Under the pieces are notes generated by a model. It saw only the letters and a list, made by a program, of their open reading frames with translations. It was not told the origin of the DNA and did no database searches. DNA of 52,725 nt, counting the filler, from Sphacelaria rigidula (Eukaryota), in NCBI GenBank assembly GCA_964200075.2. It is 4 parts of 4 records of this genome, joined end to end, with 100 filler letters (N's around TTAATTAATTAA, not from the genome) between each part and the next. Parts side by side here need not be neighbours in the genome. Positions count along the whole stretch, not along the records: positions 1 to 13,107 come from CAXNAA020003148.1; positions 13,208 to 26,314 come from CAXNAA020003149.1; 2 more parts are not named here. The stretch is one strand, 5' to 3'. The position numbers and the translations under genes were made by a program. Position 1 is the first letter of the stretch; each line of letters begins with the position of its first letter. This document shows, one piece after another, positions 1 through 13,244 of this stretch.

Positions 1-1171
1 ATGAGTTGCTTTATTTTTTGGTATCGCCACTTCCCGAGACAGCCACAGCTTACACACTGCCTCATGGGGAGGGGCGGGGACGCCGTGTCATTAAAAGCAG
101 AAGACCTGAAGAGGAAAATGTACAAAAAGAGCACGTCGTGCTGTATTGATTGGCTGACCTTTCTCATCGACATCAAACAAAAAAAGTCATGCGCGCACAT
201 GTTGTTCAGCAGTACTTTGAGCGGTATCACTCATACATATTGATTCCAGAGTGCAGCGCCTCAAATACATATATATATATAGTCCTTGATACGATGCGGT
301 CTTATATTGTATGATCATCACAAGACAAGACGTTATATGCAATAGCCACAGCTGGTGAGATAAAAAAAAAACAAAAAACAGACGCTTTACAATACTGTAC
401 TACCAAAACATACGGTCCAGTTTCTGCTACATCCGTACTAGAGTAACACATCATCGCAACAGACACACAGGCCAGACACCCGTATTTGTACATCCTTTCT
501 CACTCTTTTGTCGGCCCAAAAGCCCCTACCTCTCGTCTACCGTAGGTGACGATTTACATGACCGGCAACGCAGTATACTAGCCAGACCCACAAAATAGAA
601 CCCTACGGTAAGTGACGAAGTTTCGGCCTCTCTTGGCACCATACCGATATCTACAGTACTGTAATAGGCGTACGACGGGAATTCCAAACACAGTGTGGTA
701 GATAGACACTTGCCGCAAGTCCAACCGGCTGCAAAAAATATGGAGTAACTGCACTATAACAGCATAGCAAAAATGTTTTGCTTGGCGAAAGTTGACTCCG
801 TGTTAGTCATGATCCAATCCGCGAGACCAAAATGCAAGGTGTGGACAGGAAGAGTGAGAAGTTGACCCCTCGAGATCACGGGTTAGTTCCGAGGAAGTGG
901 AAAGGGTGAAAAGTGCGACACAAACAAGAAGGAGACGAGTCACGCCGGGCTGACGATCCACCGCACAGTACTGGGACCCACACTATACGTAGTATATTAT
1001 CTCGTTTCCCGCAAATTACCTTCCCCCGGATGATGAGTAACAGGGTCCTCTAAACTTTCATTGCCCCCCCCCGGAAGTCGTCCAAACATGTCTACAAAAG
1101 CAATTCATTTTTTTCCTTCCCCCCATTTCCGTATCGTTCATGTCCATTTCCTCTGCATCTGTGCGGCTTGC

Positions 1172-4100
1172 CTGTAAGTAGCGCCCGTCCTTCCCGTACA
1201 AGAAGGTCCTGAGCATCTTACGCATCTTGGCCGAGTCCTCCGTCAACAGACGCCGCGCGAGGTAGGGGAAACACTCGTTGACGATCGAGTACTGCGGGTC
1301 GAGCTGCAACCCGAGCCCTTCCAAAGCAGAGAACGCCCTTCGTCACGAGAAACGGGGAGCAAGGAAATGCAGCGGGGAAGGACAGGGGGAGAGTCAGTGG
1401 TACCGCAACGTATGGAGCGCCTCTTCCGACAGCTCTTCTAAGCAAACGCCTGTTGTCTTCTGTGGACGCCGACATTCTTCAACAAGGGGCCTGGTTGACT
1501 TCATGACGAGTAGCAGCTAGCGATAGCCCTAGGACAGCAGAATCATGCGCGAACAGCGATTGACAGGAAGAAAAAAAAAACAGGAACGCTTCCAGAGAGG
1601 GGACTGCCGCCCTATGATTCATGACTCCCGTACGTGCCGGCGGACTGCCGAAAAATACGGCAAGTCCTGGTGGTACACCAACATAGGTACTCTGTACTAT
1701 GACCACTGACGGTTTTGGATAACGGCCGGCCGTACTTGTTTTTTTGCGCCAATTTGTTGCTTCCTTCATTCTTTTTCTTTATACACACTTGTGCTGCGTA
1801 ACAGTGAAGTCTCCATCTCTCTGTCTGTCTCTCCCATCTCTACAACAAGAAGTGGTGCTGTCCCACAAGTATTGATCGTACATCGGGTGATGGATATAGA
1901 GATTTTCGGGGGACGCTTTTTCGAAACGAATCCACCCTTTTTATATCTTGTCACCAACGGTACGAGATGCTTTCATTCACCAGTGCAGGAGTTCTTCGTT
2001 TTTTCGACAAGCATCCTCTCTTCAGGAATGGATACTCCGAGGTGTAATGGAATCCCAATATTGCTGCATCCACTTCATCTACAGTAAGAGGACCAGAAAA
2101 ATATACTCAATATATATAAACATTTACACAATACAAAACAGAAAATGCAAGAGACTGATGTTTTTTTTTTTCATTTCTTTCTTCTCCATTCATTCATACA
2201 GTACCAGTTTGGTGCCTTGCTTCCGTAGGTTTCGACACTGACGAAAGGTGGCGAGAAAACCATCTCACAAGAATTACCTTATGATTAATCCGAAGTAGGC
2301 CGGGATGACAATAGGGTACTGCTTGCCCAACTCTTCCACTTCCTCTCCTACGGATTCCACCGTCACGGCCTTGGCTCCGCCGCCATTGGAGAGCTGCTCC
2401 AGCACTGTCGCCAGCAGAGGGGCTACAATGGACGCCTGCGAACAAGATCATCATTATCAGCAGCAGCAGAAGCAGCAACGACAGGAGCAGCTGGCGACAA
2501 TGAGCGGCAATAGTTTACAAGAAAAATGATGAAACTGGTGCGCATCACCGGCCGGTGTATGCGGCTTGATAGTTGTTTGGAATTCCGACAGTAGTGCTGG
2601 TAGATTCAACGCTCGAGACAGAGATGAATAGATCCTCTCGGGCTATGGACTCCTCTTCCCCTCTCAACGAACGTGTCAAGAAGTAAGAAGAAGCAGCAGC
2701 AGCAGCAATAATAATAACAAGAACAGAAATAGCGACGATGTGGTCATCAGTGCACCGACGATCGGCCAGCCAGCGACACCACTCGAAAACAAAAACAGGT
2801 AAATGCAAACATCAAGCGTACTGTACTTGTTCATGTGTTTCGTTAGCTTTACGTGACCGTGAGTTGTTCCGAGTTCATTCAGTAATATTTATTTTCGATT
2901 TCAGGTCGGATGACGGCAAAATAAATAAAAGTAGAAAAGTAGTTTGGTTGGTTGCTTGCTTTTATACTGTTGGAATGAATATTTCGTACACATCTCTCTT
3001 TCGAACGGGGGGGAGGTAGGGGGAGGGGGGGGGGCATGGAAGAACCATAAGACACAGCCCCCATTCATCATCATCTGTTTACATTGCGAAAACCGCACAT
3101 GATGCCATCATCATCATCATCACCATCATCACCACCATTGCTTCCATGTACATGGGGAAAAAATCATAGATCAAGATACCATCGCCGACCCCCACCTTCT
3201 CCGGGTCTTCCCCGATCTCCTTGGGGATGAAGCCCAGCACAATAAGATCATTCAGCGTGGCCTCGTAGTCCTTGGCCGTAAGGTGCGACACATATTCCAA
3301 CAACGCGTAACGCTGGTCTTCGGCCACCTGATGCATCCGTCGGAAACACATGTGTGCACGGGGCAAGAGCGTGGTAAGTGGGGAAGGGAGGTAACTTGAA
3401 TCCTCCTTCGTCTTCACTACTCTCACATCTACTCACCATCCTGTGCATGTGTGTGACTGTGGGAACAGTGAACTCAGGATCTTGCATGCCGTTTTTACAG
3501 GACCATTGACTTCTCATCCCTGCAAAGCCGGGACGGAGCACGCCGGGTTTTCGCCGGGCCAGGCCCGCAGTCAATCACCAAGCGCGAAGCACCGTGATGT
3601 GCTCGGCGAGTCGCATGAAGGGTGAGCTGCATCCTACCAAGATTGTTTGGCCCGAAGGGTACTAATTATCTTGCATGTGTGTGACAGACTTCAATGAGCT
3701 ACTTCATTTTCCGGCATCGCCACTTCCACAGACAGCCACGGCTTACACCCTGCCTCCTGGGTGCCTCACCATATAGACACTACGTAGTACGATCATCCCC
3801 TTTCGGTGGAGTTGAGGTTATCCACCCCGCGCCAGATGATATACCTCGACCACCACCATGGTTACCGCAAAAAAAACGCGAGGGGAAAATACGTGGTAAC
3901 CTCGTTCCCTAGCTTATGTGGTGAGTGGCGTGTTTTACAGCGTCGTTGCCAACCGACGCCAACCCGTAAAAGGGGGCCCTATCCTGTGTGTGTGTGTGTG
4001 TGTCGGGGGGGGGGGGGCAGGGGATGAGTATTATTCATCACTACAGGAGAATATCAAGCGATACCAAGATTAATATCGAAGACCCCAATTTGCCGATCAC

Positions 4101-7100
4101 AGCGACAACGCACCCCGGGGAAACCAAGGGCATTCATTGAACACACACGAGGAGCAATCGCACTTCCTCGACAATGCTCAAGTGAGGTATGCAACATGGT
4201 AAAAATGCCATCAGTACAGAGAGGGAAAGTACGTCCAGTACGAGTAATCGAGGCATGAAAAATTGAAAACACGTACAGTATAGGTATGTGTGCTCAGGCG
4301 GCATATGATCTTTGCATTCCTGACCGACTTGAGTTGACAACGATATCTCTTCTGCGGATGAAACGGGGCGGGGGATGACACCACGGGAACACGTGTTTTT
4401 CTTCGAAGACTATCAATCTATGAGCTCTCCACCCTACATTCAAAAATGCAGACTCCCCAACTAGAGCAGCTGAACAACGTCCGCAGTAGCCCACTTTTGT
4501 GGGATCATGCCCGCTAGCGTCCTCGTTAGGCGCTGATAATACAAAAACACAAAGAAACCCAGTCACACAATATTCGCTCCCCACTTCTTTGCTTCTAGAA
4601 AACACTCTTGCATTCGAATCCATAGTATTTACAAGGGGGGGGTGTCGGCGACGACAAAAAATCGAGATGTCATCATCATCATCATCACACCTCGGTCATG
4701 AGTCCCATGTCCAGCACACACAGTCTGCCGTCGGGCGTGCACAAGAAATTTCCGGGGTGCGGATCAGCATGGAGAAAGCCAGACTCCAACAGCTGCGCCA
4801 AGTACGAGTTGAGCAAGGTAGCCACGATCTTCTTCAGCCGCTCTCGCCCTCCCGGGGTCGTCGCGTCGATCGCGTCCACCTGAACGTACCCAACAGGACA
4901 TCAGACACATTGCGGTTAGAGCGGGGGGGGGGGGGGGAAGGGGGGAACTAATAATCTTGCATCATTTCTTTTTTTGTTATTTTGCTCTTTTTTTACTTTT
5001 CCTTCCCGCGGGCTGNNNNNNNNNNCATCGTCACCCGCGTCCACTACACCGTACCCAACAGAACATCCTCCCCATGGTGGTTAGTCCGGGGGGGGGGGGG
5101 AAGGGGTGTACTCATGATCTTGCATCCTTTCCTTCTTTCTCATTTTGCTCTTTTTTTACTGCTCCTGACCGCGGGCTGGATTGTTGCAATCAGTTAACGT
5201 GACGTAATCAATTAATCACAATCAAAACGCCGTAGTCAGCCGACCGTCGACCTCGCATCCCTACAAAGCCGGGACGGAGCACGCCGGGTTCTTGCCGTAC
5301 CAGGCTCGCAATCAATCACCAAGTGCGAAGCGCCGTGATGTATTCGGCGAGTCGCGTGGAGGTGAAGCTGCACCCCACTGAGAGTTAGGAGGGGGGGGGG
5401 GCGGGGGGGGGGGCACAGACCCCTCCTTCACGAGACTGAATTTGAGTCCATCTCGCGACGGCCGCCAATGGGATCCATGGTGGGTCAGTCAACGTGAGAA
5501 GTCAATCGATCAATAAATTGTTCACTCGCTCCATATACAGAGTACACTCGCCTTGACCCCTTCGATCCACTCCGTGACCAGGACGTATCGCGTTGTGTAG
5601 GGCTTGAATACCTTGGGAACGACGATAGCTTCCCCCAAAGTTTTGCTCGCGGCCATTTCGGAGCGGAACCTGTTCTCAAGATCGCAGGCAGGTAGACAGG
5701 TGGAAGCAGCAGCAGCAGCCGGACGATGATGGATACATGAGGGAAAACAAGAGAGAGAAAAAGCGAAATTTCTTCACGAACCAGCTGGCAATACAGCCAA
5801 TATTTATTCTGAATGTAGGGTACATCACTAGTATTAGACGACATTGATATCTTGTACATGTTTTGTGTGCAACGAAACATACATACGAAAAAGGTGAGAC
5901 AACGATGATACGACGCAAACGCTGGGGGAAAATCGCAGATAACCAGACAGAATATACCGTTGGTGATCAAACGACGGCGAGGAATGAATTTACAATCATC
6001 ACAGTGACTCCATCCACTATCTCCTCTGCTACGATCATAGTTGTGGTCACAACAGAGACGTATGCGAGGCAGGATATTCGGAGAACACTTGCCGAAAAGT
6101 GAAAACTCGAGAGCAGGAGCAACAAGAAAAAATACGCAGGAAGAGGCACGATACCGAGATGTACGTGGAGAACATCCTCCCAAACTAACCGTACATGCCT
6201 CACCTGTCCCCGTTCGCGGCCTCCTGCAAATAGTCCAGCTCCTGCAAGAACCTGTCCGCCCAGTTGTCGATAACTCCCAGAATGCTGAGCGAGCTCTCCC
6301 TCAGGTTGTCCCATTTAGACAGAAATAGCAGCATCAACCGAATCACGTACAGGTCGAGGGTCACCGACTCCAGGACGTCTGGTCGCTGAACCTTCACGGC
6401 CACTTGTTCCCCGCTCCGAAGAGTGGCGCGGTAGACCTGGAAAGGGTGCAAGTGTGCGCGCGTGCGTGCGTGTGCGTGTGCGTGTGCGTGTGCCCAGATT
6501 CGGGAAGTGGGGAGGGGGTCAGGAGAGGTACGCGGTACCGATTTTCACCGCGTCAGTCGACACCGCGAGAAGTATTACACTCATCCTGACCCCTTTGCGG
6601 ACCACAGTGCTGCAACCTCGTTGCGCCGGCCGGGGATTTTCAAACACAGGGAGTGAGTTCAGTCATCCTACGATAGGGGGGGGGGTATTTTGGGCCATTT
6701 GTTGCTCGAAATTTCGAGTCAGATAGTCGTTGACACTTATGAGCCTCTTTTTTCGTGCAACCAAATACCCCCCCCCCTATCGTGGGATGACTCAGCACCC
6801 TTTTTTTTCAGCAGACCCTGGATAACAAATTACATTGTGAAAAAATATACTGCGTAAAGTATGGAATATTTTGTCTCTTGCAACAGTCGACACTGTAAGC
6901 ATTGTACTTTCTGACGATGTGACATGTACTCCAGGGTGTGGTTTCTAGTTGATTGATAGGAGTAATAAGTGACTAGTGTTTACGTTGTGCATGACACAGT
7001 GCCAACCGAGGCTACATTAGGAAGGAGATTGAAAGAGTGTGAATTCCCGGCCAGGGGGTCTGCTCCGCTGAACCCCACCCGATAACGTACCGACGGGCAG

Positions 7101-10100
7101 AATTTAGATGATCAAGTGATTTTTTGTCTGGTCACTGCGGAAAATCCCAACTGAAGCACAGAATATAATGATATCTGTTTCGAGAAAAAAATGACCCGCA
7201 CGAACACGCACCTGTCCCAGCGAGGCTGCCGCCACCGGCACTTCGAACGCTGTGTCCGCATCCGCAAACACTTCGGCAAGAGGCCTGCCCAGTTGCTGGG
7301 TCAGGATGTCGCGGGCGTCACCCGAGTTGAACGGCTTCACCTGCGAGGTCAGTGCACATCAAGATCATCATCAAGGTCAACACACAGGCGGGAGTCATAT
7401 ATTGATGGCCTCCGAGCGCATGAAAAATTTGAAGAAAAGACGTACAAGAGAACAAACGCTCTCTGCCCCCTCAGTGACGCGCCCAGTAGCCACAACGATC
7501 ATCATTTCACCTCAACTATCGAGTGCGTGCCACGGCCCGGCGCTGCCCGGCACTGTTCGAAAGGTCTGAAGGGTGCGTGCAAGTAGGTGTTGCGTTTTTT
7601 GCGCGTGTGCTAGAGGTGTTGAACACCGGTTCGCGAGTTTACAGCATATATAGCATGCGACGCTCCGGCTGCTTTAGGGTCGCTGTAAACGAAGCGATTT
7701 TTCCTTGTTGTATAAAGCCACTGCAGCGTGGAAAGTTCCAGAGCATAAATGGGAAAGCTGCACAATAGATCCCCCACGACGTGCATCAAAAGAGAAGAGA
7801 AAAAATAAAACGTTTTGGATGGCTCTTCCAATGCGCAGAGTCAGCGCGCAGCCAACCTCTACATGACGCAGTATCACTCCACACAGAAGAGTGAAATACT
7901 CTGGGGCTCAAGATTGCGTCCACAATGGGGGTAAGGGTTTCTTGCATTCGGTTCCTCATGCTTCACACTAGTTTAGATGGAGGTAGAAGCTTGTCCTCTT
8001 CCCAAATTAGAACACGAGGGGGTGAAGCTACGTCTGTCCCCCGGAGGGACGTACGTCGGAACTTATATCGCATGCTTTTCGATAGAGTACGACTGTACGC
8101 CTGTTACTCCTTGTCTTTCTCGGCACCGCAGGCCCCTTTCAACGGATAGGATTCAAGTTTTGATTTCTCCCATCACTCTCAATTCCCGCCGCGAATGAAG
8201 GGGAAAGCGGCAGTTGAATGATTCACAGAATTGAACTAGGTGCTCTGTTCCACATCCCATCTCCATGTGTCATGACAGCATCGCCACTCCTCCGCCACCA
8301 TCACCGTCACTCCCCAGAGCAGCAAGAGTACATCTACAGTGCAGCGCACTTCTGGTGTGTGCGGGATCAGGGGTGTGCGCGTGCTCAACTGCCTGAAACA
8401 GGCAGCAGTGCTGACACTTTGGGGTGCACATTTTTACAGTTCCGAAACGGGAGCTTGTTTTATCAACCAACCTATTCTGGACGCCGGTCCACACCTTCCG
8501 GTGCATGTGAGCGCATCAGCCGGGGTCACACAGGAGGACGGTCAACACGGGAGCTTTTCATTGTTGGTTTGTTTTGTAAGTCCACCTTCCTCCTGAGGTG
8601 CTTGCCTTACTTTTTACCGAGAGAAGGGTTCAGTCGTTCCCTTCCCTCATCGACCATGAACTCGAACTTTGTACTTGCGACATAGCCGCACTCCTCTGTT
8701 GAGCATGATGCGAGAAAAATGCCGGATAGCGTGAGATCACCGAGGTTTAGAACCCAAGTCCCAGCCGTCAAAAACTTTCGAGGTAACCAACCGAACCACG
8801 GGGGCGACCGGCCGCATGGCCTTGGAAAATGACTCGTGCAAGTTCAACAAAAACAAATGACAATATGACACTGACGGAAACCGCTCAAAAACGGGGAAAA
8901 GCAGGAAAAAAAAACTCTTTCTGCCATCGTTTAGAATGGCCCGTGTTGAAGAATCATTCCTGCCGACGGTGCATATACGGACACCACGGGTACCGAAAAC
9001 GCTCAAAACAGGCAAACACTGTACTTGAATCCACATTTGCACACGTCGGACAGATCAGCTCCCTAGTAAGCTATGAGAGCTACATGAGCTACGCATGTTT
9101 CTTCTGGGGTGAGCTATGAGAGCTGTATGAGCTACGCTTGTTTACCGTACGTGAGCTACCAACCCGTAGCTCATCAGTTCATATTCGTCCTGAATGAGCT
9201 ATGGGAACTGTATGAGCTACGCATGTTTGCCCTGGATGAGCTACCAACCCGTAGCTCATCAGCTCGTATTCGCTCTGGGTGAGCTATGAGAGCCGCATGA
9301 GCTACACATGTTTGCCCCGGATGAGCTATGGGAGCTGCATGAGCTGGACATGTTTGCCCTGGATGAGCTATAAGAGATGCATGAGCTAGACATGTTTGTC
9401 CTGGATGAGCTATGGGAGCTATGAGAGCTACGATTGCCTATCCCTTTGACCGCGAGGGTAGGAGGTCTCTGAATCGGCATCATTCACACCCGAAAAATCA
9501 AGTGAATTATGCTGACTTATGAGATCGCCAACCCTCGCGGTCAAAGAGCTAAACCCTTGACGGCGAGCATAAGTCATCTATCTGTTGAATCGGCTCCACT
9601 TTCACTTGAAAAACGTATGCATAACCAGATGGCCTCGTACCCTCGCGGTCAACCGATCAAAATATTTGAATCAGTCGATTACTGTAGACACTGAATACTA
9701 ATACTTTTTTTAACCACCCGACCAAGCGAACGAGGATCTGTTGGGTTATTTTCTTCCTATCGCGACGAGTGAGGTCAAATATCACAACAACCTAATGATA
9801 TGTGGCACCATCCGTTCGAACAAATATGTTGCATCATAAGCGACACGGGGTTGGCCAACGACGAGCTAGCCATATGACGTGAGTGAGCCACGACCATGTG
9901 TCCCTGGGGTGAGCTACCGGGCATAGCTCATCCGCTCATGTTTTCCCCGGGTGAGCTACAAGAAGAGCTGCGTGAGCTACACATGTTTGCCTTGGGTGAG
10001 CTATCGAGCGTAGCTCATCCGCATATGGTTTCCCTGGGTGAGCTGTGAGAGCTACATGAGCTGCACATTTGTGCCCTGAGTGAGCTACCAACCCGTAGCT

Positions 10101-11920
10101 CATCAGCTCATATTCGCCCTGAATGAGCTATGGGAGCTGTATGAGCTACGCACGTTTGCGATACGTGAGCTACCAACCCGTAGCTCATCAGCTCAGATTC
10201 TTCCTGGGTGAGCTATGAGAGCTGAATGAGCTACGCATGTTTGCCCTGGGTGAGCTACCAACCCGTAGCTCATCAGCTCGTATTCGCTCTGGGTGAGCTA
10301 TGAGAGCTGCATGAGCTACACATGTTTTTCCTCGGTGAGCTACCAACTCGTGGCTCACCAGCGCACGTTTACCTCATGTTGAGCTATCGGACGTAGCTCA
10401 CATGTACATGTTCGACTACAAGTGATCTACCGCCCGCAGATGAGCTAGCTCATGAGCTGCCCTACGTGTGCACACTTGCTTGAATAGTGTTCGAAGAATG
10501 ATTACGGATTACGGAGCACCGAAAGGCTTCAGCGCTGGTGGGCATGGTTTATTGAGGACATGCGCTTGACAATTTCCGCGACTTGCAGAAGAACGGAAGA
10601 CATGAGTGCAGACATCAATGCAACGATGATATCACTTGTAAAATAAAAAATTCCCACATTTCTGCTACCGACATGAAGAATGAATACGAGCAACTATTGT
10701 GGTTTTTCAATAAAAGGAGAATGTTGGAGGGAAAACAAAAACATTCTCTGTTCAAATGTGCACGTCCGCATACATCTTCCCACCTTATCCTGTAGTTTTA
10801 CAAGCTCGCGAAGATAAGGCTCAGGCAAAATATCCGGGCGAATCGAAACTCCTTGACCTATCTTGATGAACGCCGGCCCAGCACCCTGCACAAACTCGAG
10901 AAATTCTTCCGCCCTGGCCTGCATGTTTCTCTCCCACGCGCTCCCGTCACCAACATTCCTGTCCACCCACAGCTTAGCCGCCAGCGATCCTAGCCGATAC
11001 GACACCTTAGACAATCTGCCGAGCAACGTAGCCGGCCGCCGATTATAGTAGTTCATGATCGCCGGAAGATCATAGCTTCGGGGTAAGAGAAAGTCGTCCT
11101 CCGTCGGGGACAAAGAGGATTTTTCTGCCTTAGCGGCCTCCGCTGCCGCCGCCAGAGACATTCCCAGGGCGGTGGACGCAGTCCCAACCGCGAATATCGT
11201 CACTGCCGCATGATACTGTTCTGGAATAAGGGTGGCGCCTGCAGCGTAGGCTTGCTCCAGCGCGGCCATGCTGTGCACTAGAGAAGACTGGAGGTGTGCC
11301 ACTGGGGTGGCTAGTGATGGGTATGCCGTGAGGAGAGTGTCGAGGGTGTCTGATGCTGATGCGGCTAGAGGCCGGAGGACATCGGCCGAGAAAGCTGCCT
11401 GTGAACTGGGTACACTTTGCAGTAGGTCAAGCGGTTGATGCAGCAGCCGGTTCGGCAGCTCACTAGTACTCGGCAGGGAGCTCAACAGCTCACTTAATAA
11501 GCTGCCGGCATCGGTTAGATCGGGCAATGACAATGATGATGGCAAATGAAGCTCTGGCAGATGAACGTCCGGCAGCGATAACCCACCCTCAATACCACCG
11601 TCGCTGCTGGTGCGGCTGCTGCCGCTTATCAAGGCGCTGAGCTGGCTCTCCAAGTCTGACTGTACACCCCGAGCGTTTTCCCGCAAAGCAGCCAAACCTG
11701 TTGTTGCCGCCGCAGCAAACCCGTCCAGCGACGAATCCATGCGCGTAACTCTGCTGTATTTTGACACTCTTCGTTGATTTGCCGTGGCGGAAAACAGATT
11801 ACCGCCGAGCCGAGAAGCGGTCATCGGCCTTGTAAGAGCAGTGAAGCCATGACACTCTCTGACCAAGAGCACAAGCAGTATGCACGAGCCAAGGCACGTG
11901 CTTGTTGGTGATGAAACCAT
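1172..11920 (-). CDS. ABC1/UbiB (ADCK)-family atypical protein kinase, probably plastid-targeted; multi-exon, 3' end not located (probably beyond window start)
   Basis: Exons assembled by eye with consistent phases: 11920-10784, 7340-7212, 6436-6204, 5669-5552, 4879-4691, 3327-3196, 2435-2278, 1337-1172. They give the ABC1 motifs GPAFIKIGQ, LQDKV, AAASLGQVY, VAVKVQRP, ELDY, LVTEWI, GFLHADPHPGN, LDMGLM and LEGLGLQLDP. The N-terminus MVSS..CILLVLLVRECHG/FTAL resembles a signal peptide followed by a Phe-starting transit peptide. Confidence 0.93.
3515..3765 (+). repeat. Dispersed intronic repeats (SINE-like families)
   Basis: CATCCCT(A/G)CAAAGCCGGGACGGAGCACGCCGGGTT..GCGAAGC(A/G)CCGTGATGT recurs at ~5255-5380 and partly at 26293-26314. 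The block 3694-3765 (ATCGCCACTTCC..GACAGCCAC.GCTTACAC) recurs at 1-70. Confidence 0.7.
6660..6793. mobile_element. Small MITE (TIR [C/G]AGTCATCCYACGATAGGGGG..TATTT)
   Basis: ~30-bp terminal inverted repeats at 6660-6690 and 6763-6793; non-coding interior. Confidence 0.7.
8440..8813 (-). mobile_element. tRNA-derived SINE-like repeat
   Basis: Minus-strand head GCCGGTCGCCCC.GTGGTTCGGTTGG...GGGTTCTAAACC carries degenerate A/B boxes. The body (CGCATCAGCCGGGGTCACACAGGAGG) recurs at ~31760-31945 and the head at 39621-39687. Confidence 0.65.
9042..10468. mobile_element. Non-autonomous TIR element carrying two GAGCT-rich minisatellite arms
   Basis: Ends CACGTCGGACAG / (rc) CACGTAGGGCAG are flanked on both sides by TGCA. 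Tandem ~40/80-bp units (GAGCTATGAGAGCTGCATGAGCTACACATGTTTGCCCTGGGT) lie at ~9070-9430 and ~9900-10460 around a unique core. Confidence 0.65.
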
Positions 11921-13107
11921 GTTGTTTAACGAATAGCCAAAATTATTCGTGCCGACGGCCGAACTACTCGTTAAATTACGAGTGTACACCGGCACAACAG
12001 AGATGTGATGTGGTGAGCCACACACTGTATGCCCTGTCAGTTCGTTTGCTGTCTGCCCTCCTCGCTCTCTCCTTGATGGGAGTACGTGTTGCCAAATACG
12101 TCAATTGTGCGGCATCAATTTGATTGGCTGGAGTTGTACCGCGCTTGACAGTTTCAGAGAAAAGTTTCGTTTCGACCAAAAACAGCGGCGCAAATTGTCG
12201 CCTTCAGTTGAAGAGTGTACTTACAGACTCATTTCACAGCTCAGAAATGCAGCAACACAACGGCACAGCGGGTTACAGTATTTTTCATGCAAACAAGCGG
12301 TGCTAAACACTCCCACCCAAACTCATATGCACACGCACAAGCACGCACACACCTGAAGGGAAATTACGGGCGGAAACCACAAGAGAAATGAGCGAAAAAT
12401 AGGAGCTTTCAGTGAAACCCATGGCTCAGGGAGTACAGCATGTACTTGTGACAACTTGTATTTTTGCAAAGTAGTAACAGGGTAGCAGCCCCCTGGCGGC
12501 GACCGAACCCGTGTGCGGTGGTGGGCTGACCGCACTGCCACTGCAAGGTACAAATGGAAGAAGTTCGGAGAAGATCTACAGGACCGAATGTGGCGTGGGC
12601 AGCGACCGGTGCTGCAATAGACGGGAAAAATGTTCATGGTAACGATGGACTCCATGCAGCAACAAACCGGACGCTATCATCCGTACCAAAGGTAAGGAAG
12701 CTTCTTCATTTATCACAATTGTGTGAACCAAGGTGACATCTATTGATCTATTGATCACCGCACGGGTCATATCTGAGCTTGCAGGCTTTCTTGGGATGTC
12801 GCACAATAGTCCCGGCGGGCGTGCTTGAATAGGGAGGTCAGCTAAGTAGCGATAACCGCCGACAAAATACAAGAGGTTGCTATTTTTGGTGGTTGCATTG
12901 ACGCTTTCCGACATCCCACACCCTAAGATTTCATCCGTTATTTGCACGGTTAGGATAAATTAAACTATACTCAAAATCACCAAATTCACGATTTCTTCGG
13001 CCTGATTGCCCTGAAGGGAAAAAAAATTGATAGCTGATCCAAGGGGTGTCCACGCAACTTTTGAGCCATTCCACGTGTCTAGGCTGCGTGCACCTGGGTT
13101 GCAACGC

Positions 13108-13207
13108 NNNNNNNNNNNNNNNNNNNNNNNNNNNNNNNNNNNNNNNNNNNNTTAATTAATTAANNNNNNNNNNNNNNNNNNNNNNNNNNNNNNNNNNNNN
13201 NNNNNNN
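13108..13207. other. Artificial contig spacer (N44-TTAATTAATTAA-N44)
   Basis: Identical 100-nt linker with stops in all six frames; also at 26315-26414 and 39521-39620. Confidence 0.97.

Positions 13208-13244
<37 letters not shown>

Noticed and set aside
5485-6183. 232-aa ORF as a standalone gene
   Set aside because: Mostly intron; the real exon 4 (5669-5552) is in a different frame.
9070-10460. Regularly spaced palindromic repeats resembling a CRISPR array
   Set aside because: The intervening sequences are themselves repeated rather than unique spacers, there are no cas genes, and the context is a eukaryotic intron.
13152-13163. TTAATTAATTAA as a biological motif or piggyBac site
   Set aside because: It is embedded in fixed N-runs and repeated identically three times, so it is an assembly linker.
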